From: Octopus vulgaris
Taxonomy: Eukaryota
NCBI GenBank assembly: GCA_951406725.2
Contig: OX597821.1
Coordinates: 104,098,001-104,162,000 of the forward strand
Length of the DNA stretch: 64,000 nt
Reading direction: 5' to 3'
This document shows, piece by piece, positions 42,631 through 56,035 of the stretch. Under the pieces are notes generated by a model, which did not search any database, was not told where the DNA came from, and was given only the letters and a program-made list of their open reading frames with translations. Position numbers and translations under genes: made by a program. Within the stretch, counting starts at the first letter, position 1, and each line of letters starts with the position of its first letter.

Positions 42631-43148
42631 GGGGTACGGAAGCCAGTTAGAGGCATTTGGCAGGCGGGTGTAATTGAACTCAGATATTTCCACAAGAAGG
42701 TAGGAGCTAGAATTAAGAGCGCAATACATCGTATAAGGACTCTTGATGGCTCGATTATGTTAATGGTTGATATTAAAGCTGTTAGTGTTATTGCTCTTTT
42801 GGTGCATAAGGTTTTGTTTCTGAGCAAAAATGTCTAAAGGTTGTGCACATAAGGATCAATGGAATTTGGTCCGCCGAAAATGTATTTGTTGCTCAAGTTT
42901 TGCAAACAGCTAAGACGGCAATTGTATAGAGGTAAAATATTTCTACATGAAGGAGTTCTATTAAAGATGCTATCAATAAAGTATCTGGAATATATGGATA
43001 TGAACTCTGTCACGAAAGGATGACAGGAAAATTGACGGCAAGGAAATTGGTAATCCAGCAGTCATTCAACTGGGAACTGGTTAGCTGACGTACATGGTAC
43101 CACGTGTGTGTATGCATGTATGTGTGTTTGTATATCTAGGCGATCATG

Positions 43149-43180
<32 letters not shown>

Positions 43181-43788
43181 TACACACACATACAAACACA
43201 CACATACACATATATGTAATATGTATATATGCCTGCTTGTAAGTATATGGACATGCACATATATACATACACAAAATCATATGCGTGTGTGTGTGTATAT
43301 ACATTTACAACTATGTGTCTGTATGTGCGTTTGTTTGTGTATGTGTACATAAGACTGTATTTCTCTCTACCTCTTTCACCCCCACTCTCCCCCTCTCCCT
43401 ATATATGTATACACGCACGTAAAGGTTGACGAATACATAAAACTTTTCTACTCTGTAAATACATGCCTGGAATTATACACACATACATATATAATTATAT
43501 ACACGCACACATATATAAGGCATCCATATATATCTTTACAGGCCTTTGTCTATAAAATTAAATGCATATTTTTGTTAATGCATATCTATATATCTATCTA
43601 CCTGTCTGTCTGTTTGTCTGTCTCTCTATCTGTCTATCTATATGTCTGTCTGTCTGTCTGCATGTCTGTTTGTCTGTCTATCTATCTATCTATCTATCTA
43701 TCAATTTATCTATCTATTTATCTATCTATCTATTTATCTAACTATCTATCCAGCTATCTATACATCCATTTATCAAGCTTTCTGTCTG

Positions 43789-43909
<121 letters not shown>

Positions 43910-44031
43910 TTGCCAGTCTATATTCCTATTTATTAATCAACTTCTCTATCTATCTATACATACAAACACATACTTACACAAACACACACACAATCACACA
44001 CGCAAACACACACACACACACACACACGCAC

Positions 44032-44071
<40 letters not shown>

Positions 44072-44488
44072 ACATACATTCAGTGACGCCGTGTGCGCCT
44101 TAATATCAGCAATGCTCGAGCTTCACACGCAATATCTGGATACGTATTTAAATCAACCACTACATAAATAATACATAAAAACCATTTCCACAGATTCTGC
44201 CATTAGAGATAGTAGTAATGTCTCTATACCAAATTTCACCATTCCATTATTTGCAAGTCAGTGACAAGATGTCGTTGTTCGGTCGATTTTGACTGAAGTT
44301 AAACGTGGAACTTTCTCTGCGTTCTTGAGTCAGCTGTCCAAGGCATGACATGATTGAACTCGAGGGATACTCTTGGTTACACACGAACTGGAAACTCGTA
44401 AGCTGACGTACATGAAACCACGTGCGTGTATGCTTGTATGTATGCTTATATATCTATGCGATCATAGATATATATATATACATATGTA

Positions 44489-44529
<41 letters not shown>

Positions 44530-44792
44530 GTGTGTGTAATATGTATTTATGCCTCCTTTTAAGTAAATGGACATACTCACAATCATATATATATATACAT
44601 ATATATGATACACACAATCATATGCATGTGTATGAATGTATATGCACACGCACGCATGTGATTGTGTGAGATAAGGTACAGACATGTCTATCTATCTATC
44701 TATCTCCCATTTCTAGCAATTACCTGTAATATTTTTAATATTATTTATTAACTTGCCCTTAAGTTTTAATTGCTAATGACCCAAACGCACTG

Positions 44793-44825
<33 letters not shown>

Positions 44826-44837
44826 TATATACATATA

Positions 44838-44890
<53 letters not shown>

Positions 44891-45096
44891 GACATGATTC
44901 TTTCAGTTTATGTCTACCAAATCCACGCACAAGGTTTTGGTCGGGCCGAGGTTACAGTAGAAGACACTTAATCAAGGTGTGAGGCAGTGGGACTGAACCC
45001 GGAGCCATGTGCTTGGTAAGCAAGCTACTTACCACGGAGCCACTCCAGCGCCAACATTTCTTATACATTTATTATACATTATATATATATATATAA

Positions 45097-45154
<58 letters not shown>

Positions 45155-46876
45155 ATATATATACACACAGATAGATACAGATATAGATATTCATGTGCGT
45201 ATGGGTGTGTATTTTGCAAATATAATTACTTATCTACCGAATTAAAAAATATATATCACATAGTACATATTCATACATTTATTTTGGTTCCTGCACAAGG
45301 ACATAGAACAGAACATGAATTGATATTTACTGCAATCTATGAGAGCTAGATGATATTTATACGAAGTTTTACAATTCCAGAGCGAAAAATATAAATAAAT
45401 TTATGATAAATGAAATAAATAAAGTATAATAGAATTTCAGTAATTGATAGTGATTTTTGTTTTCATTATCATTTATCATGTGATAATATCCTTTAACGAA
45501 GTTAAGGGCAATATTATTTGTGAATCAGATGAAGAAAGAAACTGAAAATAACGTTTTACAAGGAAAGAATGCTTGGAGGCATACAAGCTTTGTAAGAATT
45601 ATGAAATATTAATTGTAAATATTAATTTCAATGATGGAAATTAATTTTACTATTATTAGATTATATTTCTATATTATGGGTATGTTTTTATAATTAGCAA
45701 ACGAAAAATATATTTGTTGTTTTTAAGAATTGTGTTTTTTGGTAATTTGTAATAGTGTTACACATTTAACTAATTAAATTTTATTTATGGTGCGTACAAG
45801 CCAAAATCCTTTAGATTTTTATTTTTTTCATAGCACTTTATGCTTAAAGCTATAATTATAGACACACATATAAACTTACATACATATAAATTTAGACACT
45901 TACACATAAACTTAACACGCATACACATGCAAATATGTGGATATACAACAATATGCAAATGTATAAATTAACAAACGAACTTACACGCATATACATACAC
46001 ACTTACATGGCTAAACATGTGAATATGTGTGTGTTTGTATGAACGAATGTATGCATTTGTCATTTCAATATTGTTTAGTTGATATCTTTGGCTTGTAAAT
46101 AAATAAGATAGAAATAAACTTTAGCCATTTCTGATAAACATTTCTCTTCAAAATATATTTAGATATCTCAGATTGAATGTTGTGCATTCGTGTCTTTTGT
46201 AGATTGTTAAATAATTAGGAATCCTTGCAGAATCTTTAAAGTTGATCATTTTTCTGACCGCATTGGGAAATCTTGTGATTTCACTGTAATCTTGAAATAA
46301 GTTTCGTTTTAATGGAAAACGCAGCTAAACCTTTGTATATTAAGACAAGAAGCGGTCATGGGTTACATCGCTTGCTTCTCTTACATATGTGTTTTTATAT
46401 GTATAGATGCACACATGCATGCATGCATGTATGTATTTACGTATGTATGTATGCATGCTACTATCCATGCATCTGCATACGCACACACTTCTATATCTTA
46501 CACCTACACGCACTTCTATATCATACACACACTTCTATATCATACACACACGCGCACACATATGTAGTGTACAGAGACACCGTGGAATCCAGTCAGTTAC
46601 TTTCAGAAGCAATATAGAAAAGTAATAAATGCTGTTATATAGGCGCGGGCGTAGTTGTGCGTAGCTGCGGGCGTGACTGTGTACTCCTCTTCAACTAAAT
46701 GTTTCCGTGTTCAGCCCAGTGTCCCTTAGGCAACTTGTTTCTGCTCTAGCCTCGGGCATGTGAGTGGATATGGTGGACAGAAGCAGAAAAAAGCCTGTCG
46801 TACAAATATACATACACACACATATACACATACATCCACACACAAAGACACACACATACACACACTCACAGGCCTA

Positions 46877-46976
<100 letters not shown>

Positions 46977-47008
46977 ATATATATATGATATATATATGCA
47001 TATATATA

Positions 47009-47057
<49 letters not shown>

Positions 47058-47140
47058 TTAAGGATAATATCGATATTTAAATATCGATCTTATCTACTAG
47101 CCAGCATGGGAATAAATACCATACAAAGGTAATATTTATT

Positions 47141-47554
47141 TAAACTATAAATTAGGGTATCTGAGAGATACCACCCTGCTGAAATAGCAGTCAAACCCTG
47201 ACCCTAAAACCACCTTAAATGTTCATATCGCGCAAGGAGAGAAGACAGAAAGGCAAAATAAACTAGCAAAAAAGATTATACTGGATAATTCAAGATCCTG
47301 GATTTCTGGATTTGCTTCAGAGAAGCTCTGCCTTCTTCAGTTGAATATACCAGAAAGCACATAAATACAGATATATATACAGAACATCTGTTATACTTAC
47401 ATATACGAACGCCTATACATATATATGCTTGTTTATTTTGCCTTTCTGTCTTCTCTCCTGGCGCGATATGAACATTTAAGGTGGTTTTAGGGTCAGGGTT
47501 TTGACTGCTATTTCAGGATAGTGCTGTCTCTCAGATATCCTTATTTATAGTTTA
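47141..47554. repeat. ~125-bp high-identity inverted repeat with a ~165-bp spacer
   Basis: 47141-47263 versus 47431-47554 (gcagtcaaaccctgaccctaaaaccaccttaaatgttcatatcgcgc and its reverse complement). Confidence 0.92.
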
Positions 47555-47613
47555 TAGTCCGTGTGTATCATAAGTTGAAGACGGGAAGGATGGCTTCCCT
47601 TTGCAAATACTGA

Positions 47614-47775
47614 TAGGGCACAGAAAGTGTGTCTATAGCCAGCTGGAGGATGTGTCCTCCTGGGGCTACAAACTACAGTAGCATTCACCCTTAGGGGTTA
47701 ACCATATTCAAATGGCAAATATACGTGACGATGTGTTGCTGCTACTGTTTATAACTCGCTCTGAGATTTATCATT
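47614..47775. repeat. Structured repeat, copy 2 (partner 35156-35315)
   Basis: Aligns to copy 1 with compensatory substitutions; followed by (TA)n. Confidence 0.8.
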
Positions 47776-48537
47776 ATATATATATATATATATATACACA
47801 CATAGGTATGTATGTATGTATATGTGTGTGCGTACCTTTCTGTCTGCGTTTGTCCGCGTAACTCACTGATTCCGCAAATGAGAACGATAGAGTTAGAAGC
47901 AAGCCAATAATTGAACTCACAACCTTCTGATCATGAGCTGGATACGCTAACCACTAAGCCACGCGTTTGTATATTCGTTTCTATATACACATGTAACTCG
48001 TATAACAGTATATATATCCTACGATCGCTAAATCGCTTGTCTAAATTAATGTTATATCATATTATTTAAGTTTTTCTTTTCATATGTGACATTCTTTGGT
48101 TTGAAATGTTTGTGTAGCATAACAAAGCGAAGAAAATGTTTTATAACGTTGCCGTTTCTTTGCTGTTTTAGAAAAATTGCTCCCGTGTCAGTGTTTTATC
48201 GTTCCAAATTCGATAAAATTATGTAGTATCAATCAACTGTTGTATCGTATCCCTCTCGCAATTTCACTGTGATGTCTTGGAAGGACACCTATGTTAATTC
48301 ACGACTACACTAAGACTTCAGTGTGACATCTTTCCTAGGACTCTAAAGTCAGTGTTTAATCTGCTATCTATAGCGTGTATTCGACCGAGATAAAAATATT
48401 CCGCTCTCCCTACGGAACGTGTCGCCGCTCCGCCGTGAATTTAACTTAACAGCTCTTACAGTTCTGTATTTAAGAGATGAGGAATTATTTACATTATTTA
48501 CATTTGATGTATATTTGTCCTCATCTTCTTTGTTGTT

Positions 48538-48583
48538 AACACAACGTTTCGGCTGATATACCCTCCAGCCTTCATCAGGTGTC
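48538..48583 (-). ncRNA. Minimal type-I hammerhead ribozyme motif
   Basis: gacac-CUGAUGA-A-GGCUG-(10 nt)-CAGCC-GAA-ACGU-U-guguu: intact core, paired stems I and II, palindromic ACGU stem III. Confidence 0.8.
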
Positions 48584-48634
48584 TTAGGAAAATTTCTAAC
48601 CTGAGTTCTCATTCCTAAGGTTTTTTTCGATGTC

Positions 48635-48720
<86 letters not shown>

Positions 48721-48723
48721 ATA

Positions 48724-48760
<37 letters not shown>

Positions 48761-48774
48761 TATTATTATTATTA

Positions 48775-48811
<37 letters not shown>

Positions 48812-48854
48812 TATTATTATTATTATTATTGTTATTATTATTATTATTATAATA

Positions 48855-48945
<91 letters not shown>

Positions 48946-48993
48946 TCACTGCCTGGAATCGAACTCGGAACCTAGGTTCGAAAATTTCCCCAA

Positions 48994-49039
48994 GGCACCT
49001 GATGAAGGCTGGAAGGCATATCAGCCGAAACGTTGTGTT
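48994..49039 (+). ncRNA. Minimal type-I hammerhead ribozyme motif
   Basis: ggcac-CUGAUGA-A-GGCUG-gaaggcauau-CAGCC-GAA-ACGU-U-guguu. Confidence 0.8.
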
Positions 49040-49862
49040 AACAACAAACGAGATAATGACAAATATCCGTTAAATGTAAATAATGTAAATAATGTAAATA
49101 ATTTACCAGCTATTGCTAAAAAGTATCTACATGTGATTACACTGAAATAATGTGGAAATTTTGCTCAACAAATGTTGCATATTTCTCGGTCCGCTATTCA
49201 AGATTTCTGTCGTGCGATTATGAGTGTAAGCACACTAATCGTTAGGCCTCTCACGACTACACAGAAATGATGCAGAGACATTTATCTCGTCATATTCGAA
49301 TGCTTGACACAACGCTGTAGTTTGACTGCTTTCTCTGTTGACTTCGAGTCCAAAGTCAGCTTCTCATTTGAATATCTTATTTCACTGAATCGTAATCCAG
49401 TGTTATTGCATACTGATCTTCCTTTGGCTTCTTTTGTATTTCTACACTCTGTGATTTAGATATCACTCCTCGTGTATTTAAATATCAGCGTATGTTTATA
49501 GAATTAAATACTTTCGTTTAGCTGTTCATGTTGTGTAATTATTGGAGAACAAGTGATAAATATAACATTATTATATTTCAGGGAATGTCTCTCATTTGAA
49601 GTATTTATCTCTCCTAGGTGCGTTGTAATTCGATAGTTTCCCTTTAGCCTCACTGCTCTATAGCAGAGTATCAGATAAGTCTGATGAATAAATATGCCGG
49701 ATGTATACTAATAGAAAATCAAAAATTTACAAACGAAAGTAAGTTTCCGAATCTTAATTCAAACAAAAGCGAGGAATGACTGCTACAGTGTTGCCTATTG
49801 TAATAGTAAGACCGTGAACATTGGACATAAGAACAGCAATTTACTGATAAGCAGAAATACTA

Positions 49863-50628
49863 CTGGGTCATCCCATAAATAATGCGTTATTTTTTCAATT
49901 GCATGAGATAAAAGTCGGAAGGGGACGGGATAAACTACCTGCATCAACCTCTTATAAAAGCAGTTAGTAATTTTACCTTGTACTTATTATCAGTGCAAGT
50001 TTTGAAGAGTGCTGTTTGATCTTAATTATTTTTTTCAAAATTATAGGTGACAAAGGAGCATACTCGGTATATTTTGTTTTATGAATTCAATACAGGTAAC
50101 AATGCAAGAGAAAGTGTGAGGAATGCAGTATATGGGGATCGGAAATAAGGGTAAGTCAATGCCAACCGTGGTTCCAGAAATTCTGAACCGGAAACTACAG
50201 CCTAAAAGACTAGCCTCTTCCTAGAATATCTGTAGAGCTCGACGACAAAGTCCTTCAAACCCTGGTGGATGAAGATCCCATTGTAACTGTTGATGAACTA
50301 GCAAAGAAGCTTGAATTTGGTCATTCAACCAGTCACTCAAGTCAGCGCTAGATAATTAATGACTTTCTTTGGTTTGAAGACGACAGGAATTCTTTCATCG
50401 GGATAATGCTCGGCCACATACAGTGAGGATGACATTCCAAAAGCTGGAACAGTTTGAATGTGAAACGATGCCCCACTCAACATATTCACCAGGCATTGCC
50501 CCTTCTGATTATCATTTATTCCACAGTCTTCATAATCATTTGAACGATAAAGATATGAATTCTGTAGACGAGGTCAGATCAGTACGGGAGGAGTATTTCT
50601 CATCACAAACGGGTGAATTTTGGAAGAG
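49863..50628 (+). mobile_element. Mariner element of the 15279 family, internally deleted and 3'-truncated
   Basis: 5' TIR ctgggtcatcccataaataatgcg after TA; MPHSTYSPGIAPSDYHLF motif; deletion near 50332; no right TIR seen. Confidence 0.88.
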
Positions 50629-50949
50629 TTTTAACTATCAAAGTTCTATCACAAAGCTTTGGTTGGTCTGGGGCTATATTAGATACAGATATACTTATAT
50701 ATACAAGACGTACTACCTTTCGGTTTCTGTCTATCTAATCCAGTTAGAAGGTATCAATTGAAACACTTGTAGAAGGTGCAACGAATTTGGATTGAACTCA
50801 AAACCGCGTCATTGCAATGAGAGCTTCTTCACCACACAGTTATATTCCACCACATGATAGAAATAGAAATAAAATCCACTGTAATATTTCAGTTATGGAT
50901 ATTATTTATTGAAAAATCACTTCCTACTGGCATTGTACTTTTGACTAAG

Positions 50950-51260
50950 GAAATTCTTCGGTAATAAGTGACCATGGGATTGCACATCTAAAGTTCCCTT
51001 CTGAGGCACAAGGCCGGGCAAGATTGTTTTTGGAAGACCAGAATACCATGAATACCAGCCTCACCTCTCCACACCACTGATGGAAGAGAAAGGTAAGGCT
51101 TGGCACCTGTCACTTCGCAACTCATTTCTACGGCTGAGTCAACTGGAGCAACGTGAAATAAAGTGTCTTGCTCTAGAACACAACACAGCCCGGTCCAAGA
51201 ATCGAACTCACTATCACATGATCGTGAGCCGGACGCTCTAGCCTCTGAGCCATGCGCCTT
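50950..51260 (-). mobile_element. tRNA-derived SINE
   Basis: ctggagcaacgtgaaataaagtgtcttgctc...gaatcgaactcac...gagccatgcgcctt; core shared with 41492 and 55110. Confidence 0.7.
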
Positions 51261-52177
51261 AATGCTCCCGCTTTTGACTAAATGTACAATAATACGCTAA
51301 AACCAATGAAGGGGTTTCGGAATATTTCGATATTTTACTTAACAGAATTCTACGAAATAGCTACTGGGTATTTCTCTTAACTTAAATTATGTGGAACCCG
51401 TTTCTATTTTATCTTAGCAATAAATATTTTTTTTAGCAATTCATCGTTTCATGTTACGTTTTGGTTTTTTCGGTTTTTGAATAGTAAAGTTTTTCAAATC
51501 CTTTGATCTCAATTTTTGCATTTCAGAGATAATTGTGTCGATTAGATTTTTAGCGGTAACTTGAAAAAGTTACGAACTTACGACAATGTGACAAAAGCGA
51601 TTAATTGATTTTATTCTTTGTCAGATACTGTTGTCATGAAGAAATACTAAACATCAAACTGCATAATTTTACTGAAGTAAAACCTTCCTAAATATGTTTA
51701 TTACAGACAATACTTGAGAAGAGGCTTTAAAAAAATAATAGCATAAAAAATATATCCGTTAATATGCGTAAAAATGAACAAAATATATAGAATACAATAC
51801 GAAAAAATGTATCTTAGGAAGGAATGTTTAAGCGACTAATCTATGCATATATACTAAGATAAGACACTAAGTAAAGCACTGTTGATATTCCATTAAAGGG
51901 GTGTTTTTGAAATAATATTAGCAAGATATACCGAATCATGGAACCGAAAAATGAATCATGAAACACAGGAACAAAGCGAAAGGAATAAAGAAAACAACAA
52001 CTCAATAGCAGCACGGTTATACACCAAAGTAACTGTTGGAGAATTTACAAGAGAAACAAAACACTGATAACAACTAAAATGATGCAGTGATAATAAAGTC
52101 TTGTATCTTTTAAAGTCAGTTACCTTACATTAATATACACATATATGAATATATACATAGTACACACACATATGTAT

Positions 52178-52697
52178 ATATGCAACCTCTGCGGGATGCT
52201 GTATGTAGGACAGACGGGACGCCGGTTGGCCGACCGATTCGCCGAACATCTAAGGGATATTCAGCTGCGTTCCAAGTCTCCCGTCGCACGTCACTTCTGC
52301 TCGGCCAGCCATTCCCCCGATGACATCTCTGTGTTTGGTCTCGCCCCACACAACGGTCCTCCATAATCCAGGCTTCACTTGGAGCAACGGTTCATTTTCA
52401 CTTTACAGACTAATACCCCGCACGGACTCAACACAGCCCCCTCCTCTTAGTGACTACACTCCACCTCCCGCAACAAGCACCTTTTTTTATTTCTTATTTC
52501 TTCCTTCCCTTTTTTGTTATTCCTTTCCCTACGTGCTATTACGTCTTTTATATTATTTATTGTTTTTTTTATTTTATTCTTTTTATAAATTATTGTCCTT
52601 ATACAGAAACACATACACACACACATACTCACGTATCCACGAACATACACATACTTCCAACACACCACACACATACAACATACATGCACATATACGC

Positions 52698-52740
<43 letters not shown>

Positions 52741-54790
52741 ACACCCCCACACACCCCCACGTGCACACACACATATGCCCGAGCATACACACATGTACAC
52801 AAACACACACACACGCACAAGAATGCACAGAAACATAACCTATCCCATCCAGCATACACAGACACACAAACCTTTAGACACATACCTTTAGACACACACA
52901 CATAAACGTACACATAGCCACATACATTCACATACTCAAGCACACGCTCGTATACACATTAAAATGAACACAACCTAACACACATCTCCACGGTCACGCA
53001 CACGCACATACGCATACACGCACATACATACGCACACAGTACACGCACACACACATACACACGTACACAGACTCACACCAGCATAGATACCCACATATAC
53101 CTCCAACAAAGAATACTCATACAGATACGCACACACTTATACACACATGGGCAGAGACACACACACATACACGCACGTAAGCGCACACACGCACACAAGC
53201 ACACGCATGTACATTACGCCCACACAACTCCAACCCCCCACACACGCATACATTCACACATACATACATACATACATACATACATACATACATACATACA
53301 TACATACATTCAAACATACATGCATATTTATGGGGTTGGCTGTATTGCAGGCGTGCGTCAGTGTATGTATGTGTGTGCCTGTGGATTCACATACACCCAC
53401 ACCAATTTTTTTCCATCAATCTTTCAATTATAACGTGTGTGCTTGCATACATATATATACACACATATAAACCTCTACATTTGTACACACACGCACATGT
53501 ATACATATTTTCACTCGAACGCACGTACACACACTCACACATATATATATATACATACAATACACGCACGCACACATACACACGTACAAACACACACACC
53601 AGCACAGATGCCCACATATACCTCCAATAAACAATACTCATACAGATACGCACACATTTATAGACACATGGGCACAGACACACACACACATACACACACG
53701 TAAGCGCACACACGCACAGAAGCACACGCACGCACATTACGCTCACACAACTAAAAAACCGACACACACGCATACACAAATTCACATACACACCTATACA
53801 TATACATACACAGAATATATGCCTACACGCGCACACACACATACACACACGTATACACATATAGGTACAGACACACACACACATACGCACACATAAACAT
53901 GCGCACACATACGCACGCACACAGGTACACCAATGCACACACAACCCCACGGATACATGCATATTCATCCATATACGATTACACACACACATACAAACGC
54001 ACACGTACACGCACACACAACTACACGCACATACGACTCGCATGCACATACACACACACACATACAAATGAACCCATACATACATCCCATACACACGGCA
54101 CACGATTATACATATATATATATATATATATATACACATACGCACGTACAAGCGCACACGCACACATACACTAAGCAAAGCACAGTTATTCGCCACACAC
54201 CCAAACTCTACGCATACACACACGAACACACACATACATACACACACACGATACATATACATACACGCACTCACACGTACTTCAAAGTAACAGCACTGAC
54301 CTGTGACAGGGACAAAAACACCTGTCTTTATTCTTACAAACTAGCCAGCCTTAATACTAGCCCTTTGTTTACAGCTAAAACCACACACACATACACACAC
54401 ACACGCACACACACACACGTGTCATCATTGCACACATACACACAAACATGCACACCTCTGCGCACGCTCATATCAACACTTACACGGACATTCCCCCTCC
54501 TACCATTCTGCTGTCATTGACTATACTACTCTTCTGTCTTTGAAAACGTCTTTCTTCACCCTTTTCCTTCCGGTCTTTCAAAATGTGACCCCGTGTGTAC
54601 CGTTGTGGATTTTTTCCTCTGTCTTCCCTTCTCTGGATCTTTCCTTCTCCTATGTTTCCGACGAAGAGCTCCGCTCGAAACGTTAAAACCTCCTTCTTTC
54701 TTTCTTTCCTGAGCTTCCAATAATACTATATTTGTTCCACGTCCTCGCGTTGTTGTGTTTTTTTTCTGCTTTCTTGTTTGGATTAACTGT
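52178..54790 (+). mobile_element. 5'-truncated Penelope-like element: GIY-YIG remnant, T-rich tract, ~1.9-kb CA-rich spacer, pseudo-LTR with hammerhead-like motif
   Basis: ICNLCGMLYVGQTGRRLADRFAEHLRDI...PVARHF...LEQRFIFTLQTNTPHGLN at 52178-52435. pLTR at ~54490-54790 ends in (TA)n. Confidence 0.85.
54655..54687 (+). ncRNA. Minimal hammerhead-like motif (U4C variant) in PLE pseudo-LTR
   Basis: uuu-CCGACGA-A-GAGC-ucc-GCUC-GAA-ACGU-U-aaa. Confidence 0.6.
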
Positions 54791-54798
54791 TTATATAT

Positions 54799-54845
<47 letters not shown>

Positions 54846-54868
54846 ACACCTACATATATATATATATC

Positions 54869-54908
<40 letters not shown>

Positions 54909-54945
54909 CATATACATATTTACATATATACATATATAAATATAT

Positions 54946-55001
<56 letters not shown>

Positions 55002-55004
55002 TAC

Positions 55005-55100
<96 letters not shown>

Positions 55101-55109
55101 ATACATATA

Positions 55110-55417
55110 AAGCGGAGCACTCCGTCGGTTGCAATGATGAGGGTCCCAGCTGATACGATCAATGGAACAGCTTTGCTCATGAAATTAACGTGCAAGTGAC
55201 AGAGAATTCCACAAACACCTGTAACCTTAATGTAGTTCTCGGGGAGATTCAGCGTGACACATAGTGTGACAAGGCTGACCCTTTGAAATACAGGTACAAC
55301 TCATTTTTTCCTGCTGATTGAACTGGAACAACGTGAAATAAATTCGTCACCGGCAACTGAACTCACGACCTTACAATCATGAGCCGAATTCCCCCAACCA
55401 CTAAGCCACGCACCTTC
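55110..55417 (-). mobile_element. tRNA-derived SINE sharing its 3' half with the 21591 SINE
   Basis: agcactccgtcggtt...ccctttgaaatacaggtacaac is the reverse complement of 21780-21963; the head differs. Confidence 0.8.
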
Positions 55418-55490
<73 letters not shown>

Positions 55491-55550
55491 CGTGTATATA
55501 TACATATACATATTTATATACATATGTGCATACACACACATATATATATA

Positions 55551-55768
55551 TTAGAAGGAATGAGGTACTCAGAAGTTCGGATTGTTTTATATTTACAGAT
55601 ATTTATTTGTATATTACATGTTTTTATACATCATATAAATTATAACTTATATCATATATCATATATATATATTAGCGCTTTCGTCCATTCTGGTGGAGTT
55701 TTCAAATTGAATTAAGTTGTTGTGCAAAAATTTTGACCATTTTATAATGTTATTGAGTGTGTAGTGGT
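55551..55768 (-). mobile_element. (TA)n-associated repeat with a U3-A8 hammerhead-like motif (55672-55708)
   Basis: Minus strand UUGAAAA-CUCCA-ccagaa-UGGAC-GAA-AGCGCU-A; second copy at 26300-26535. Confidence 0.65.
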
Positions 55769-56003
55769 GGGGAGGGATATAATATTGTACAAGAGGGTGA
55801 TGAATGGAGAGAAAGTGAGAGAGAACATGTGTGTGCGTGCGTGTGTGTGTGTGTTTGTATCTGAAAGTGTGTTAAAGAAACAATTATATTTATAAATAGT
55901 TATAATTCCCCAAAAAGATGAACAAACACTAGAAAAACAACAACGCGAGGACGTGTTACATGTCAAGTATTAGCAGACGCACAGGGAAGGAAAAGGCGAT
56001 TGT

Positions 56004-56035
56004 TTAACGTTTCGAGCAACGGCACTTCTTCAGAA
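56004..56035 (-). ncRNA. Minimal hammerhead motif in PLE pseudo-LTR
   Basis: uu-CUGAAGA-A-GUGC-cguu-GCUC-GAA-ACGU-U-aa; canonical core with one stem II mismatch. Confidence 0.6.

Larger units (their letters stand above)
48484..49103. mobile_element. Inverted pair of PLE pseudo-LTR fragments flanking a ~300-bp (TAT)n tract
   Basis: Arms 48484-48608 and 48961-49103 are reverse complements; each carries a hammerhead motif. Confidence 0.8.

Noticed and set aside
42625-42837. ORF with RYFHKKVGARIKSAIHRIRTLDG, reminiscent of L1/Tx1 ORF2
   Set aside because: One short motif is too weak to call without a profile search.
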